The translations under genes were made by a program, and so were the position numbers. DNA of 61,764 nucleotides, filler included, from Nitrospinota bacterium (lineage in GTDB: Bacteria; JAUXIQ01): assembly GCA_030620925.1 (NCBI GenBank). It is 8 parts of 8 records of this genome, joined end to end, with 100 filler letters (N's around TTAATTAATTAA, not from the genome) between each part and the next. Parts side by side here need not be neighbours in the genome. Positions count along the whole stretch, not along the records: positions 1 to 4,658 come from JAUXIQ010000210.1; positions 4,759 to 9,356 come from JAUXIQ010000215.1; 6 more parts are not named here. One strand, written 5' to 3'. The notes beneath the pieces were generated by a model, which saw only the letters and a list, made by a program, of their open reading frames with translations, was not told where the DNA came from and did not search any database. Shown here piece after piece: positions 1-8,620 of the stretch; positions within the stretch are counted from its first letter, which is position 1, and every line of letters starts with the position of its first letter.

Positions 1-155
1 AAGACCTGGTGCTCCTCATCCTGGCTTTTCTGGTTCCCTATTTCGTGCCCATCCCCTTGATACTTCTGGCCATTTTCACCAGTTTCATTCAGGCGTTTGT
101 CTTTGTTTTACTCTCCATGATATACATCGCGGGTGCGCTGCATGAAGCCCATTAA
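1..155 (+). CDS. atpB: F0F1 ATP synthase subunit a, C-terminal fragment (5' truncated by window edge)
   Basis: Frame 3 reads DLVLLILAFLVPYFVPIPLILLAIFTSFIQAFVFVLLSMIYIAGALHEAH*; IQAFVF-LL-YI is the subunit a C-terminal signature; lies upstream of atpE. Confidence 0.9.
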   Translation, partial: DLVLLILAFLVPYFVPIPLILLAIFTSFIQAFVFVLLSMIYIAGALHEAH

Positions 156-227
156 TCGTAGCTAATTGCGGCGTGAGACGTAACAAATGAAATAATTTCT
201 TCGTTGAATTAAATTGGCGTCGATGGT

Positions 228-248
228 AAGGGGGGCGCAAGCCCCCTT
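228..248 (+). other. Intergenic GC-rich hairpin with GCAA tetraloop between atpB and atpE
   Basis: AAG-GGGGGC-GCAA-GCCCCC-TT; no U-tract, so more likely an mRNA stability/processing hairpin than a terminator. Confidence 0.45.
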
Positions 249-321
249 GTAGTGTCTGAGAGTTACCAATTTGCATCTTTTTCGCTTTGAGCAAACGGAA
301 TTTCGGAAGGGAGGAAAGTAG

Positions 322-675
322 ATGACTAAAAAGCTCGTAATTCTCGCCCTGGTCCTGGCTGTTGCCTTCATTGTGGTCCTGCCGGTGGCCATGGCGGCTG
401 AAGAGGGAGCGGCAGTCGACAAAACCGCTAATCTCAAGTACTACTATATTACTGCATTAGCCTGCGCTTTTGGCATAGCTATCGCCGCCTTCGGTGGTGC
501 GCTGGGCCAGGGACGCGGTATCAGCAGTGCTGTGGAGGGTATTGCCAGAAACCCCGGAGCAGGGGGGCAGATACAGACGGCCATGATCATCGGTCTGGCG
601 CTTATCGAATCGCTGGTTATCTACACCCTGGTTGTCGCGCTTATCCTGCTCTTTGTCAATCCTTTCGGTTTGTAG
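322..675 (+). CDS. atpE: F0F1 ATP synthase subunit c with N-terminal hydrophobic extension
   Basis: [14 protein letters not shown] glycine motif, IARNP loop, [10 protein letters not shown] ion-binding helix; GGAGG RBS. Confidence 0.95.
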   Translation: MTKKLVILALVLAVAFIVVLPVAMAAEEGAAVDKTANLKYYYITALACAFGIAIAAFGGALGQGRGISSAVEGIARNPGAGGQIQTAMIIGLALIESLVIYTLVVALILLFVNPFGL

Positions 676-737
676 TATATAGGACTTTCGGCTTAAATAC
701 TCGGCCTATTAAGAAGGGAATATATTCCCCCCGGACT

Positions 738-917
738 AAAAGGGGCTGCTGGAAACACAGGTGACGGCATTCGAGCTATCGAGCTGAAGCGATTTCCCTG
801 CGAAAGTTGCTCTGAATCGGGCTAAGCACTGGTTCTCCGCGGGGCGTTCTCTAATACTTCCGGACTCAACTCACCGGCCGTCTTTATCATCTGTGGCATA
901 TAGCAGTCCCTTTTTTT
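738..917. ncRNA. Candidate ~180-nt rod-shaped structured RNA (6S-like size and shape, family unassigned)
   Basis: Nested end-to-end pairing: AAAAGGGGCTGCT/AGCAGTCCCTTTT, CACAGGTGA/TCATCTGTG, CGGC/GCCG, CCCTGCG/CGCGGGG; no ORF; wobble pairs do not fix the strand. Confidence 0.45.
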
Positions 918-929
918 ATGCAGAGGGAT

Positions 930-1364
930 CAAGGTGGAAAAGACGGGCTTCTTTGAGCAATTTCCGACTTGGGGAGAAGAGTCTCTCTTAACCGCCAAGA
1001 GGCGTTAGCGAAATGAAAAGGCCAGCGGCTTCGGAAGCGGTTAAAAAACCTTTTTATCTTCCCGACCTCCTCCCCTGCCCAAAAGGAGGCCCGAAATGCT
1101 TCCACCACTGGCCTTTATCTTATACTTTGTAAACCCCTAGTTATGGGGGAGGGGGAGGGGCGGCAGACTCAAGAACCTATGTCAACCTTTTATACCACCA
1201 AAGGGAAGGGGGGAAACGTTCAAAGAGAACACCCTAAAGTGTTCGTAACCCTCTCTGTGGTTTATTTGGGTCTTGGGGAGAAACCCATCCCTTGAGCCCC
1301 CGCTACCCTCCACACCACTCTTTTACACTCTATCAAAAAACTGCAGTACTCAGTTAGAATTCAC
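930..1364 (-). ncRNA. Candidate sigma54-dependent structured non-coding RNA (boundaries approximate)
   Basis: Directly downstream of a consensus sigma54 promoter; no credible ORF; several long helices whose G-U wobbles work on the minus strand; repeated TTCTCCCCAAG motif. Confidence 0.55.
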
Positions 1365-1374
1365 CTTTATAGAG

Positions 1375-1390
1375 AGCAAATAGAGTGCCA
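1375..1390 (-). promoter_or_regulatory. Sigma54 (-24/-12) promoter
   Basis: Minus strand TGGCAC-TCTAT-TTGCT, an exact match to TGGCAC-N5-TTGCW. Confidence 0.8.
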
Positions 1391-1427
1391 AAACATGGCA
1401 AATTGCATTATTTTCATCGAGTAAAGT

Positions 1428-1440
1428 TAAGTGGTTGATA
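1428..1440 (-). promoter_or_regulatory. IHF binding site
   Basis: Minus strand TATCAA-CCAC-TTA matches WATCAA-N4-TTR; lies between the sigma54 promoter and the putative enhancer sites. Confidence 0.6.
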
Positions 1441-1496
1441 TATAAAGATAATTATAGCACCGTGGCAAGCGAAAAAAGTATCCTTATTTTCATGTT

Positions 1497-1543
1497 TTCT
1501 CGATATTGAGAATTTTCGACGATTATTTTCTATTTCTGAGAAA
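1497..1543. promoter_or_regulatory. Putative tandem enhancer-binding-protein sites (UAS)
   Basis: Palindrome TTCTC-GATATT-GAGAA (1497-1512) and related TTTCTATTTCTGAGAAA (1527-1543), about 105-155 bp upstream of the -24 box. Confidence 0.45.
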
Positions 1544-1654
1544 CCTTTTTAAACCACTGCCCCTCCGATGATCGCTGTCAAACGCTCGATAAATATGCCC
1601 ACTCCCCGGCTATAAAGCATCATGCGGTCAGGCCGATAGATGGAAAAAGGCGAA

Positions 1655-2506
1655 TCAGTCGTGAGGGATGGGCAGGAGCTTACGGTAATAAAATAGCGCC
1701 GCAGCGGCACACAAAGTGAAAATTAAAATGCCCACGCCGATTTTTTTGCGATTTCTCAGCTCCTCTTTCAGCTCTTCGACTTCCTGAGCTATGGTGTCGG
1801 CTTTCACCTTTAAAGATTCAGTCTGCTCTTTTATATTGTCCATGGAGAACGTATGGAAAACTGACCCCACCGTGGCGTCCTGGGCTTGAACGCTGTTTAA
1901 CTGGTCTTCCACCCCCGACGGCAGGTACGCTCTGTACTTTTCGACAAGATCGGAGACCTGTTCCAGCCTATGCCTGGCCTCCACTATCAGTGCCTCGATC
2001 ACCTGCCCTCTGGGGGTTTCATGACACATGGCACACACTTCCTGCCGAATCTTCGCCAGCGACGTGCGTTGCACGCTATGGCTGGTATGGCAGGTAACGC
2101 AATTGGGAATGCCCATGGCGCCATGATTGCTATTCAAATAATTGTCTTTAATAGTTACATGGCATTTGCCGCAAAATTCGGGTATCTCCTCCTCGGAAGG
2201 TTTCCCTATAAAACCTACCTTCAGCGCCGCTTCCGGTGATGCTTTATGGGCCCGCCAGCTTAAGTCGGCATCTTTAGGGTCCCCCCCGTGGCAGGAGTCG
2301 CAGGTGGTTCCCACCTCTTGATGGATGCTCTGCTTCAGGAGCTTCACAGGTTCACCCCTGGGGCCGCTCAACTTGGAGTGACATAAAATACAGGAGTTAT
2401 CAGAAAAGTCTTGAGCCAGCGCCTTCTCCATTCCCAGAAAAACTGCGGAAGCAAGTATCAGGGCGATAAGCATCCTCCCCGAAGTTATCTTCTCCATTAT
2501 CGGCAT
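1655..2506 (-). CDS. Membrane-anchored pentahaem cytochrome c
   Basis: Signal peptide, five CxxCH motifs (CILCH, CDSCH, CGKCH, CVTCH, CAMCH), coiled coil, C-terminal TM helix. Confidence 0.85.
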   Translation of the reverse strand: MPIMEKITSGRMLIALILASAVFLGMEKALAQDFSDNSCILCHSKLSGPRGEPVKLLKQSIHQEVGTTCDSCHGGDPKDADLSWRAHKASPEAALKVGFIGKPSEEEIPEFCGKCHVTIKDNYLNSNHGAMGIPNCVTCHTSHSVQRTSLAKIRQEVCAMCHETPRGQVIEALIVEARHRLEQVSDLVEKYRAYLPSGVEDQLNSVQAQDATVGSVFHTFSMDNIKEQTESLKVKADTIAQEVEELKEELRNRKKIGVGILIFTLCAAAALFYYRKLLPIPHD

Positions 2507-2519
2507 TCTCCATCAGCTA

Positions 2520-2927
2520 TCAGGAATATTTCCCCCAGAGTGTTAAAGCTATAAAGGCGCTAATTACGACAATGCAAACAGGGGTAAAAATGGGTCTTTT
2601 TGCGGGATGCCGTCTTTTGCTTTTCTCCCAAAAAGGCAGAAACAATATGGCCAAACCCAAAATGCCCTGAACAGCCATTCCCGCCAATTCGTTAGGGACA
2701 ATCTTCAACATCTGATACGGAGCGAGGAAATACCACTCCGGTTTTATATGCGCCGGGGTATTCATGGGGTCGGCAGGCTCATGTATCCCATGGGGAAGGA
2801 ATATGGTCAAAGTGAAGAGCACCGCCAGGAACACGAAGAAAGCCACTCCGAACTTGAGCAGCTCATGAGGGTAAAAGGGCTCTTCATGGTTAGTATCAGT
2901 CGATTTTGAATTATTATCCACCGCCAT
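2520..2927 (-). CDS. petD: Cytochrome b C-terminal subunit (subunit IV-like)
   Basis: PADPMNTPAHIKPEWYF contains the PEWY Qo motif; three TM helices. Confidence 0.9.
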   Translation of the reverse strand: MAVDNNSKSTDTNHEEPFYPHELLKFGVAFFVFLAVLFTLTIFLPHGIHEPADPMNTPAHIKPEWYFLAPYQMLKIVPNELAGMAVQGILGLAILFLPFWEKSKRRHPAKRPIFTPVCIVVISAFIALTLWGKYS

Positions 2928-3013
2928 TGTGGGTCACCTCTTTACAACGTCATCCTTGTATAATGGTTTCCAGCCCCGGGCAGGAGCGCACCTTTCTCGA
3001 AAGAAGAGGCGTC

Positions 3014-3688
3014 TCAGAAGGGGCCCGCCACCCCCGTCCTCCTTATCATCACGAAATGCCACCCGGCAAAGGCGCTTATCATTGCAGGCAAAACCACCAC
3101 GTGCAAGGCGAAGAACCGGGTAAGAGTAACTCCGCTGACCTGCTCGCTTCCCCGCGACATTCTGACCATCCATTCCCCTATTATCGGTGCTGAGCCGGGC
3201 ATGTTGGTACCCACCGTTGCTCCCCAGTAGGAGAGCTGAGTCCAGGGGAGGAGGTAGCCGGTGAAACTGGTTATGAGGGTGAGACCGAAGAGGAAGATGC
3301 CTGAAATCCAGTGCAACTCCCTCGGTTTCTGGTACGCGTTGTAGAAGAGCACCCGCACCATGTGGGCCATAACCAATATTATCATGGTGTTGGCCCCAAT
3401 GGAATGCACTCGCTGAATGAGCCAGCCGTAGGGCACCTCTTTTACGATGAACTCGATGCTGCCGTAAGCCAGTTCGGGCGTGGGCTTATAGTACATCATG
3501 AGGAACACGCCGGTTACCACCTGAATGATGAAAATAGTCAAAGAGAGCCCGCCCAGGCAGTAGAGCCAGTTTATATGGGGTGGCACCATCTTCTTGGTGG
3601 TGTTCTTTTCGAGCTCTTCCTTTATGGTAAAACGCTCCTCCAGCCAATCCAGCAGAGCGCTATCCTTTTTGCTGGCGAACATTTTCAA
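3014..3688 (-). CDS. petB: Cytochrome b6-like (cytochrome b N-terminal subunit)
   Basis: NWLYCLGG, GWLIQRVH, AHMVRV, TGYLLPW, RFFALH haem-ligand motifs. Confidence 0.92.
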   Translation of the reverse strand: MKMFASKKDSALLDWLEERFTIKEELEKNTTKKMVPPHINWLYCLGGLSLTIFIIQVVTGVFLMMYYKPTPELAYGSIEFIVKEVPYGWLIQRVHSIGANTMIILVMAHMVRVLFYNAYQKPRELHWISGIFLFGLTLITSFTGYLLPWTQLSYWGATVGTNMPGSAPIIGEWMVRMSRGSEQVSGVTLTRFFALHVVVLPAMISAFAGWHFVMIRRTGVAGPF

Positions 3689-4131
3689 ACACCTCCCAAT
3701 ATAACCTTGCCCCCCGCAACCCTGACGGGGAATTTTTCAAGTGGCCGGGGAGGGGGCCCCGCCAGTACATTTCCGTCAGTATCGAATTTCCCTGCATGGC
3801 AGGGGCAGAAGAGAATGCCTTCCTCTTCCTGCCATTTCACAATGCATCCCAGATGAGGGCATACCGCCGTAAGCGCAATATATCCCCCGCCTGTATTGAT
3901 GACCACCGCGGGGTTGCCTTTATAATTAATGAGAACAGCCTTGCCGGGCGGCAGATCAGCTTCCGCAATCTCCACTCTGCCCTCGCCCTCTTGCTGCTTT
4001 ATCGGCTGCAGGTATCTCACAAAGGGATATGTCACCCCGGCAACAGTGGCAATACCAAAAAATCCTATCAACCCTTTGATAAACTTTCTTCTTTTCGACA
4101 ATGCGTCCGAATCAATTGTCCCGTCAACCAT
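3685..4131 (-). CDS. petC: Rieske 2Fe-2S protein
   Basis: Tat-like KRRKFIK plus TM helix; CPHLGC and CPCH Rieske boxes; GPPPRPL. Confidence 0.92.
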   Translation of the reverse strand: MVDGTIDSDALSKRRKFIKGLIGFFGIATVAGVTYPFVRYLQPIKQQEGEGRVEIAEADLPPGKAVLINYKGNPAVVINTGGGYIALTAVCPHLGCIVKWQEEEGILFCPCHAGKFDTDGNVLAGPPPRPLEKFPVRVAGGKVILGGV

Positions 4132-4162
4132 TTCTCTTCACTTCCTGCATCGCAAACCACCA

Positions 4163-4658
4163 TCATTTGAGTATCCGGGAACTATCGGAGGACATCTCGA
4201 CCTCCATCCTCCCTTCCTCAAGCAGAAGTGGCTTATACAGATAAGATACCTTAGCTTTCGCCTCCACCGGTTTGCCTCTGGGAATCGAGAAAAAGAAATG
4301 TTCTCTCCTTCTCTCCCCGGGAGACAATCTGTTGTCGGAAGCGATCTTGGCGGATTTTAACAATATAAGGCTGTCTCTGGTCAATTCATTGCCTTCCTTA
4401 TCGAGCATGGTCTTTTTATAAATTCGCTGATCGGTGAGAACCAGACCTCTATCGGTCTTAACTGAAACGGTTAACACCAGCATCCGGCTGGGAATCCCCG
4501 TGGGGACCATGTGTCCGGAGCCTTTATTTATCACTTCGATGGTTACGCGGACCTTATCCGCCTCCACGGCTACCTCGATTATCTTTACTTCAACCGCCTT
4601 CTTGAGCATGGGGATGGAATGGCCGCCACTAACATCGTGCCGGTTGATCACTCCCCTT
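4163..4658 (-). CDS. C-terminal part of a probable multihaem cytochrome c-type protein (5' truncated at contig end)
   Basis: N-x-GSGHMVPTG-x-P-x-R and DNRL-x-P-x-E motifs typical of the C-terminal domain of such cytochromes; CxxCH motifs are not inside the contig. Confidence 0.6.
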
Positions 4659-4758
4659 NNNNNNNNNNNNNNNNNNNNNNNNNNNNNNNNNNNNNNNNNN
4701 NNTTAATTAATTAANNNNNNNNNNNNNNNNNNNNNNNNNNNNNNNNNNNNNNNNNNNN
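4659..4758. other. Artificial contig linker; identical linkers at 9357-9456, 33911-34010, 38928-39027, 42265-42364, 54206-54305 and 58701-58800
   Basis: 100-nt N-run containing TTAATTAATTAA, which has stops in all frames. Confidence 0.98.
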
Positions 4759-5719
4759 AGCTGAGCAGATAGCAGACTATTTCAGTAAAAACGACGGTCT
4801 GCTGGCCAAGGCGGACCTTGAGGAATGCAGCGCCCAGTGGGTGAGCCCGCTGTTCACGGACTATATGGGGCACCGGGTCTGCGAGCTCCCGCCCAACGGG
4901 CAGGGCCTGGTAGTGCTGGAGGCGTTGAACATTCTGAAAAAGTTCGATCTCTCAGAGTTGACGCACAATTCAGCGGAATACTTACATGCTATGATAGAAG
5001 CCACCCAGCTGGCCTTCACCGACGGACTGGAATTCGTGGCAGACCCCGACGCAGTCTCCATCCCCCTGGATCGGCTTCTCTCTCAACAATACGCGGAGGA
5101 GCGGGCTCAATTGATAGACGCCGACAGGGCGATCGAGCGGCCCCTGGCGAAAAATCCCGCCCTGAAAGGTGATACCACTTACTTTACGGTGGTGGATAGG
5201 GATTTAAACGCGGCCTCCTTCATAAACAGCATTTTTCATTCCTTCGGGTCCGGCGTGGTGGCCGGCGAAACGGGCGTCTGCCTGGGGAACAGGGGCAGCC
5301 TGTTCTCGATGGAGGAAGGCCATCCCAACGTCATAGCCCCCAGAAAAAGGCCCTACAACACCATCATTCCAGCCATGATACTGAAGGGCGACAAACCGGT
5401 AGTCTCCTTCGGGGTGATGGGTGGATTCATGCAGCCTCAGGGCCATCTTCAGGTGATTTCCAACCTGTTGAATTTCGGCATGAACATCCAGGAAGCCATC
5501 GAGTCGCCGCGCTACCGTATCATGGAAGGCGGCGGGCTGGCATTGGAAAAAGGCATAAGCCCCGCAGCGGAACAGTCTCTGGCGACGAAAGGGCACGACC
5601 CGCAGGACAGCCGGGGTATCTTTTTCGGGGGTTCACAAGGTATAATAATAGACTATGACCGGGGCGTGCTGGAAGGGGGCTCGGACCCCCGGATGGACGG
5701 GTGCGCTCTGGGATGGTGA
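4759..5719 (+). CDS. ggt: Gamma-glutamyltransferase (5' truncated)
   Basis: ELPPNGQG, GDTTYF (catalytic Thr), FGSGVV, NRGSLF, KRPYNTIIP, GVMGGFMQPQGH, GSDPRMDG. Confidence 0.93.
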
Positions 5720-5749
5720 ATTTCAACAATGAATTTGAGGGAGATAGAA

Positions 5750-6232
5750 ATGCGAATTATTGTAGTCCTATTGTTGGTTCTGGTCTTTGTTACAGGAGCG
5801 GCAATAGCAGATTCTAAATACGAATACATCTACAGGCAAATGACTTTGGAGTATGAGATGGTAGTCAAAAGAACGGGGTCCCTGGACGATTTAGCCGTTT
5901 TCAAGGGCACGGTCTATAATAACGGTGATAAAGAGATAAGGCTCGTGGAGGTAACCGTCCAATTTCTGGACCGATTCAACAACCCTTTCAAGGAAGTAAG
6001 ATATTACCCCGTGAAGTATTATAAATATATCGTGGGTTCGGCCGGGGCTTCTTTGGAAGCGGAGTACCAGATCGATTTTAGTTATATTTGCAGGGATTGC
6101 CCCATAGAGTGGTTTCATAATTTCGATGCAGAGATCACCGAAATCGAGTTTGTTAAATCGGGGTTTGCTGTGGAGCATCTCTATAACCCGTTCCTGGTGA
6201 TCTACAAAAAGATTCAATCCATCAAAGATTAA
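5750..6232 (+). CDS. Secreted protein, FxLYD-like domain
   Basis: GAGG RBS, signal peptide, GTVYNNGDKEIRLVEVTVQFLD motif. Confidence 0.6.
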   Translation: MRIIVVLLLVLVFVTGAAIADSKYEYIYRQMTLEYEMVVKRTGSLDDLAVFKGTVYNNGDKEIRLVEVTVQFLDRFNNPFKEVRYYPVKYYKYIVGSAGASLEAEYQIDFSYICRDCPIEWFHNFDAEITEIEFVKSGFAVEHLYNPFLVIYKKIQSIKD

Positions 6233-6469
6233 ACCATCGGCCCCAAGCCTATTAGAGAAGTCCAATAAACCAGCCCATAGAAGACCTCCAGTATCAGCCT
6301 GCGTCCCGGGAGGCCCCTTGGCGGAGAACAGTCCGCTTCAACCCGGAATCATCGAAAAAACTCATGGAAGTATGCCGGATTACATACCAGACCTGTTCCC
6401 GAATATATATTCTATGATGAAGTATTAGAGCGAGAATAACCAATTATTCGCATAAGGAAAGAGGCCAAC

Positions 6470-7021
6470 ATGAAGTTGAGAAATGCCGGGCTTGCGACTC
6501 TGATTTTGTCGGCCACGGTTATCAGCCTGTTTATGTTTGCGGGCAGCGCTCTCCCAGGAACCGACCCCCGGGACGCCATGGGCATAACTAAATTCGAGAA
6601 GCCTGAGAAGGCCCCGGAATTTACATTGAAGGATATAAACGGAAAAAAGGTCAGCCTGAGAGATTACCGGGGAAAGGCCCTGTTCGTGACCTTCTGGGCC
6701 ACCTGGTGACCGACCTGCAGGAAGGAGTTTCCTTCCTTGCAGAGCCTTTACGAGCGCTACAAGGACAGCGGGTTCGAGATACTGGCCGTTTCCGTGGACG
6801 ATAGACCAGCGGCGGTGCCTGAATATATGAAGAAGATGGAGCTAACCTTCCCCGCCCTGCTGGATAACAGGAAAAAGGTGGCCAGACTCTACGGCTTCTG
6901 GTCCACGCCGACCACCTATTTCGTCACCCGTGAAGGGATGATAATAGGTTCACGGATAGGGGGCAGAGAGTGGGACAGCGAAGCGGCCGGGAAGTTCATG
7001 GAATGGTTCCTGGAGCAGTAA
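6470..7021 (+). CDS. TlpA/ResA-like thioredoxin-fold selenoprotein (UxxC), 183 aa through in-frame UGA at 6707-6709
   Basis: ORFs 6470-6709 and 6737-7021 are in frame; the join reads FWATW-U-PTCRKEFPSL, the WCxxC active site; SECIS-like hairpin follows. Confidence 0.88.
6715..6742 (+). promoter_or_regulatory. Putative bacterial SECIS element
   Basis: CTGCA-GGAAGGA-GTT-TCCTTCC-T-TGCAG; the G-initiated apical loop starts 17 nt after the UGA. Confidence 0.7.
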
Positions 7022-7139
7022 ACAAAGGGTAGAGGTTTTAAAAGGGCGCCGGTAATGACGCCCCTTCATGCTTGAAATGAAACGGGCGGGCATGGCGCTC
7101 TTCCGAGGTGCCTGCCCGCCTGTTTTTACTCTCCGCCTG

Positions 7140-8108
7140 TTACATGGCGTTTATCTGTTTTCTGATTTCCTCGGCCTCGCTGACTATGTCCTGGACTACA
7201 TCTTTTATGGGCTTGACTTCGTGGATGAGCCCGGCCGCCTGCCCCACGGCGAAAGTGCCGCCGTTAAGGTCTCCGCTTAACATGGCTTCCCGACCCACCT
7301 GACCGCTTATGATGGTCATGAGCTCTTCCAGGGTGGCTCCCTGCTCTTCCATCTGGGCCACTTTCTCAGCGGCTTCGTTGCGCATGACTCTGGCTGCGTT
7401 CCTGATGGAGCGCTCTATCATCATTGTATCGGTTTCCTTGGCGCCTACCAGCCACTCTTTGAAGTTGTTGTGTATTACGCATTCCTCGGTGGCCACGAAG
7501 CGGGTGCCCATAACCACGCCTTCCGCCCCCAGGGCCAGGGCGGCCAGCATGGTGCGGCCGTTGGCTATCCCTCCCCCGGCAATCACGGGGATATTGAGCG
7601 TCTCTGCGGCCCGGGGTATGAGCACGAAAGTGGTAACGTCATCCATGCCCGGATGACCGGCGCACTCGAAGCCCACTATGGTCACCGCATCGGCCCCCAC
7701 CGACTGAGCCTTCTGCGCGAACCGCACCGCGGGAACTTTGTGTATCAGTTTGATACCGGCCTCTTTCAGAGGCGGCACGAAGGGCTCCGGGCTGCGGCCG
7801 GAGGTCTCCACCACGGGGATTTTTTCGTCTATGATAACCTCGAAGTATTGGTTGGTCATATCCTCCGCCGCCAGACCGGGCAGCATGGAGACGTTGACAC
7901 CGAAGGGCTTATTTGTGAGCTCTTTGGCCTTATGGATTTCGTCGCGCAGCTCCTGCTTGCTGGGGAAGGAGGCGGCCGTGATGAATCCCAGGCAGCCTGC
8001 CTCACTGACCGCGGCAACGAATTCCGCCTTGGCCAGCCACTGCATCCCACCCTGAAGTATGGGGTAATCTATACCCAGCATCTCGGTGAGTTTAGTCTTG
8101 AAAGACAT
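7140..8108 (-). CDS. Nitronate monooxygenase / FabK-like FMN-dependent oxidoreductase
   Basis: YPILQGGM, KPFGVN, GFECAGHPG, PVIAGGGI, GAEGVVMGTRF. Confidence 0.9.
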   Translation of the reverse strand: MSFKTKLTEMLGIDYPILQGGMQWLAKAEFVAAVSEAGCLGFITAASFPSKQELRDEIHKAKELTNKPFGVNVSMLPGLAAEDMTNQYFEVIIDEKIPVVETSGRSPEPFVPPLKEAGIKLIHKVPAVRFAQKAQSVGADAVTIVGFECAGHPGMDDVTTFVLIPRAAETLNIPVIAGGGIANGRTMLAALALGAEGVVMGTRFVATEECVIHNNFKEWLVGAKETDTMMIERSIRNAARVMRNEAAEKVAQMEEQGATLEELMTIISGQVGREAMLSGDLNGGTFAVGQAAGLIHEVKPIKDVVQDIVSEAEEIRKQINAM

Positions 8109-8194
8109 GATTCGCTCCTTTTATGGCGTGAAGGAAAAGTTGTGCGTCTCACAGGTTTTTTAACAGCTTTGTATGCTTCGCTCAAGTTTAAATA

Positions 8195-8356
8195 TTACTC
8201 CAGGCCCTGATAATCCGTCTCACCACGGTCTGCGGACTCGGTAAGGCCCTCCATGAAGGAGCCCGGCCCGAAGGCTTTAACCAGACCCCCTATGCCGACT
8301 GTTTCGGCCCGGTCTATCTGTTTGACAGGTTGTTTAAGGTACTCCGATTTTTTCAT
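8195..8356 (-). pseudogene. Short ORF resembling the N-terminus of deoxyhypusine/homospermidine synthase (remnant)
   Basis: MKKSEYLKQPVKQID...GLVKAFGPGSF then terminates; resemblance by eye only. Confidence 0.3.
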
Positions 8357-8529
8357 TTGCCCCTGTATAACACAACACATTTTGAGGGTCAAGCCTGTTT
8401 TATTCAGCTCTTAATCGCAATATAAAAACCCGGGAAAAATACTTCTATTAACTTGAATAATTAAATTATTTTTCTTATTTTTCATTCCAAATTTATGGGT
8501 GTGAAAAAGCTCGCCAAACCCAAAAAATT

Positions 8530-8559
8530 TTGATTAATCCGTGCCCATTGTGCTACTAT
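8530..8559 (+). promoter_or_regulatory. Putative sigma70 promoter of the TatD gene
   Basis: TTGATT-N18-TACTAT with extended -10 TG, in AT-rich intergenic DNA. Confidence 0.45.
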
Positions 8560-8620
8560 TTGTCTGTAAAGAAACGAGAATATGAAAATTTATATCATTA
8601 CATAGAGAAAGGAGGGAACC

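Noticed and set aside
1260-1290. Small ORF MGFSPRPK downstream of the sigma54 promoter
   Set aside because: Only 8 codons and embedded in a predicted hairpin; cannot be supported as coding, though not excluded
4659-4758. Recurrent TTAATTAATTAA within N-runs, and ORFs ending in X...LIN
   Set aside because: Artificial contig linkers; gene adjacency across them has no biological meaning
6470-6709. Treating 6470-6709 and 6737-7021 (and 57578-58063) as separate genes or pseudogenes
   Set aside because: In-frame UGA at a catalytic or metal-binding Cys position plus a SECIS-like hairpin is better explained by selenocysteine
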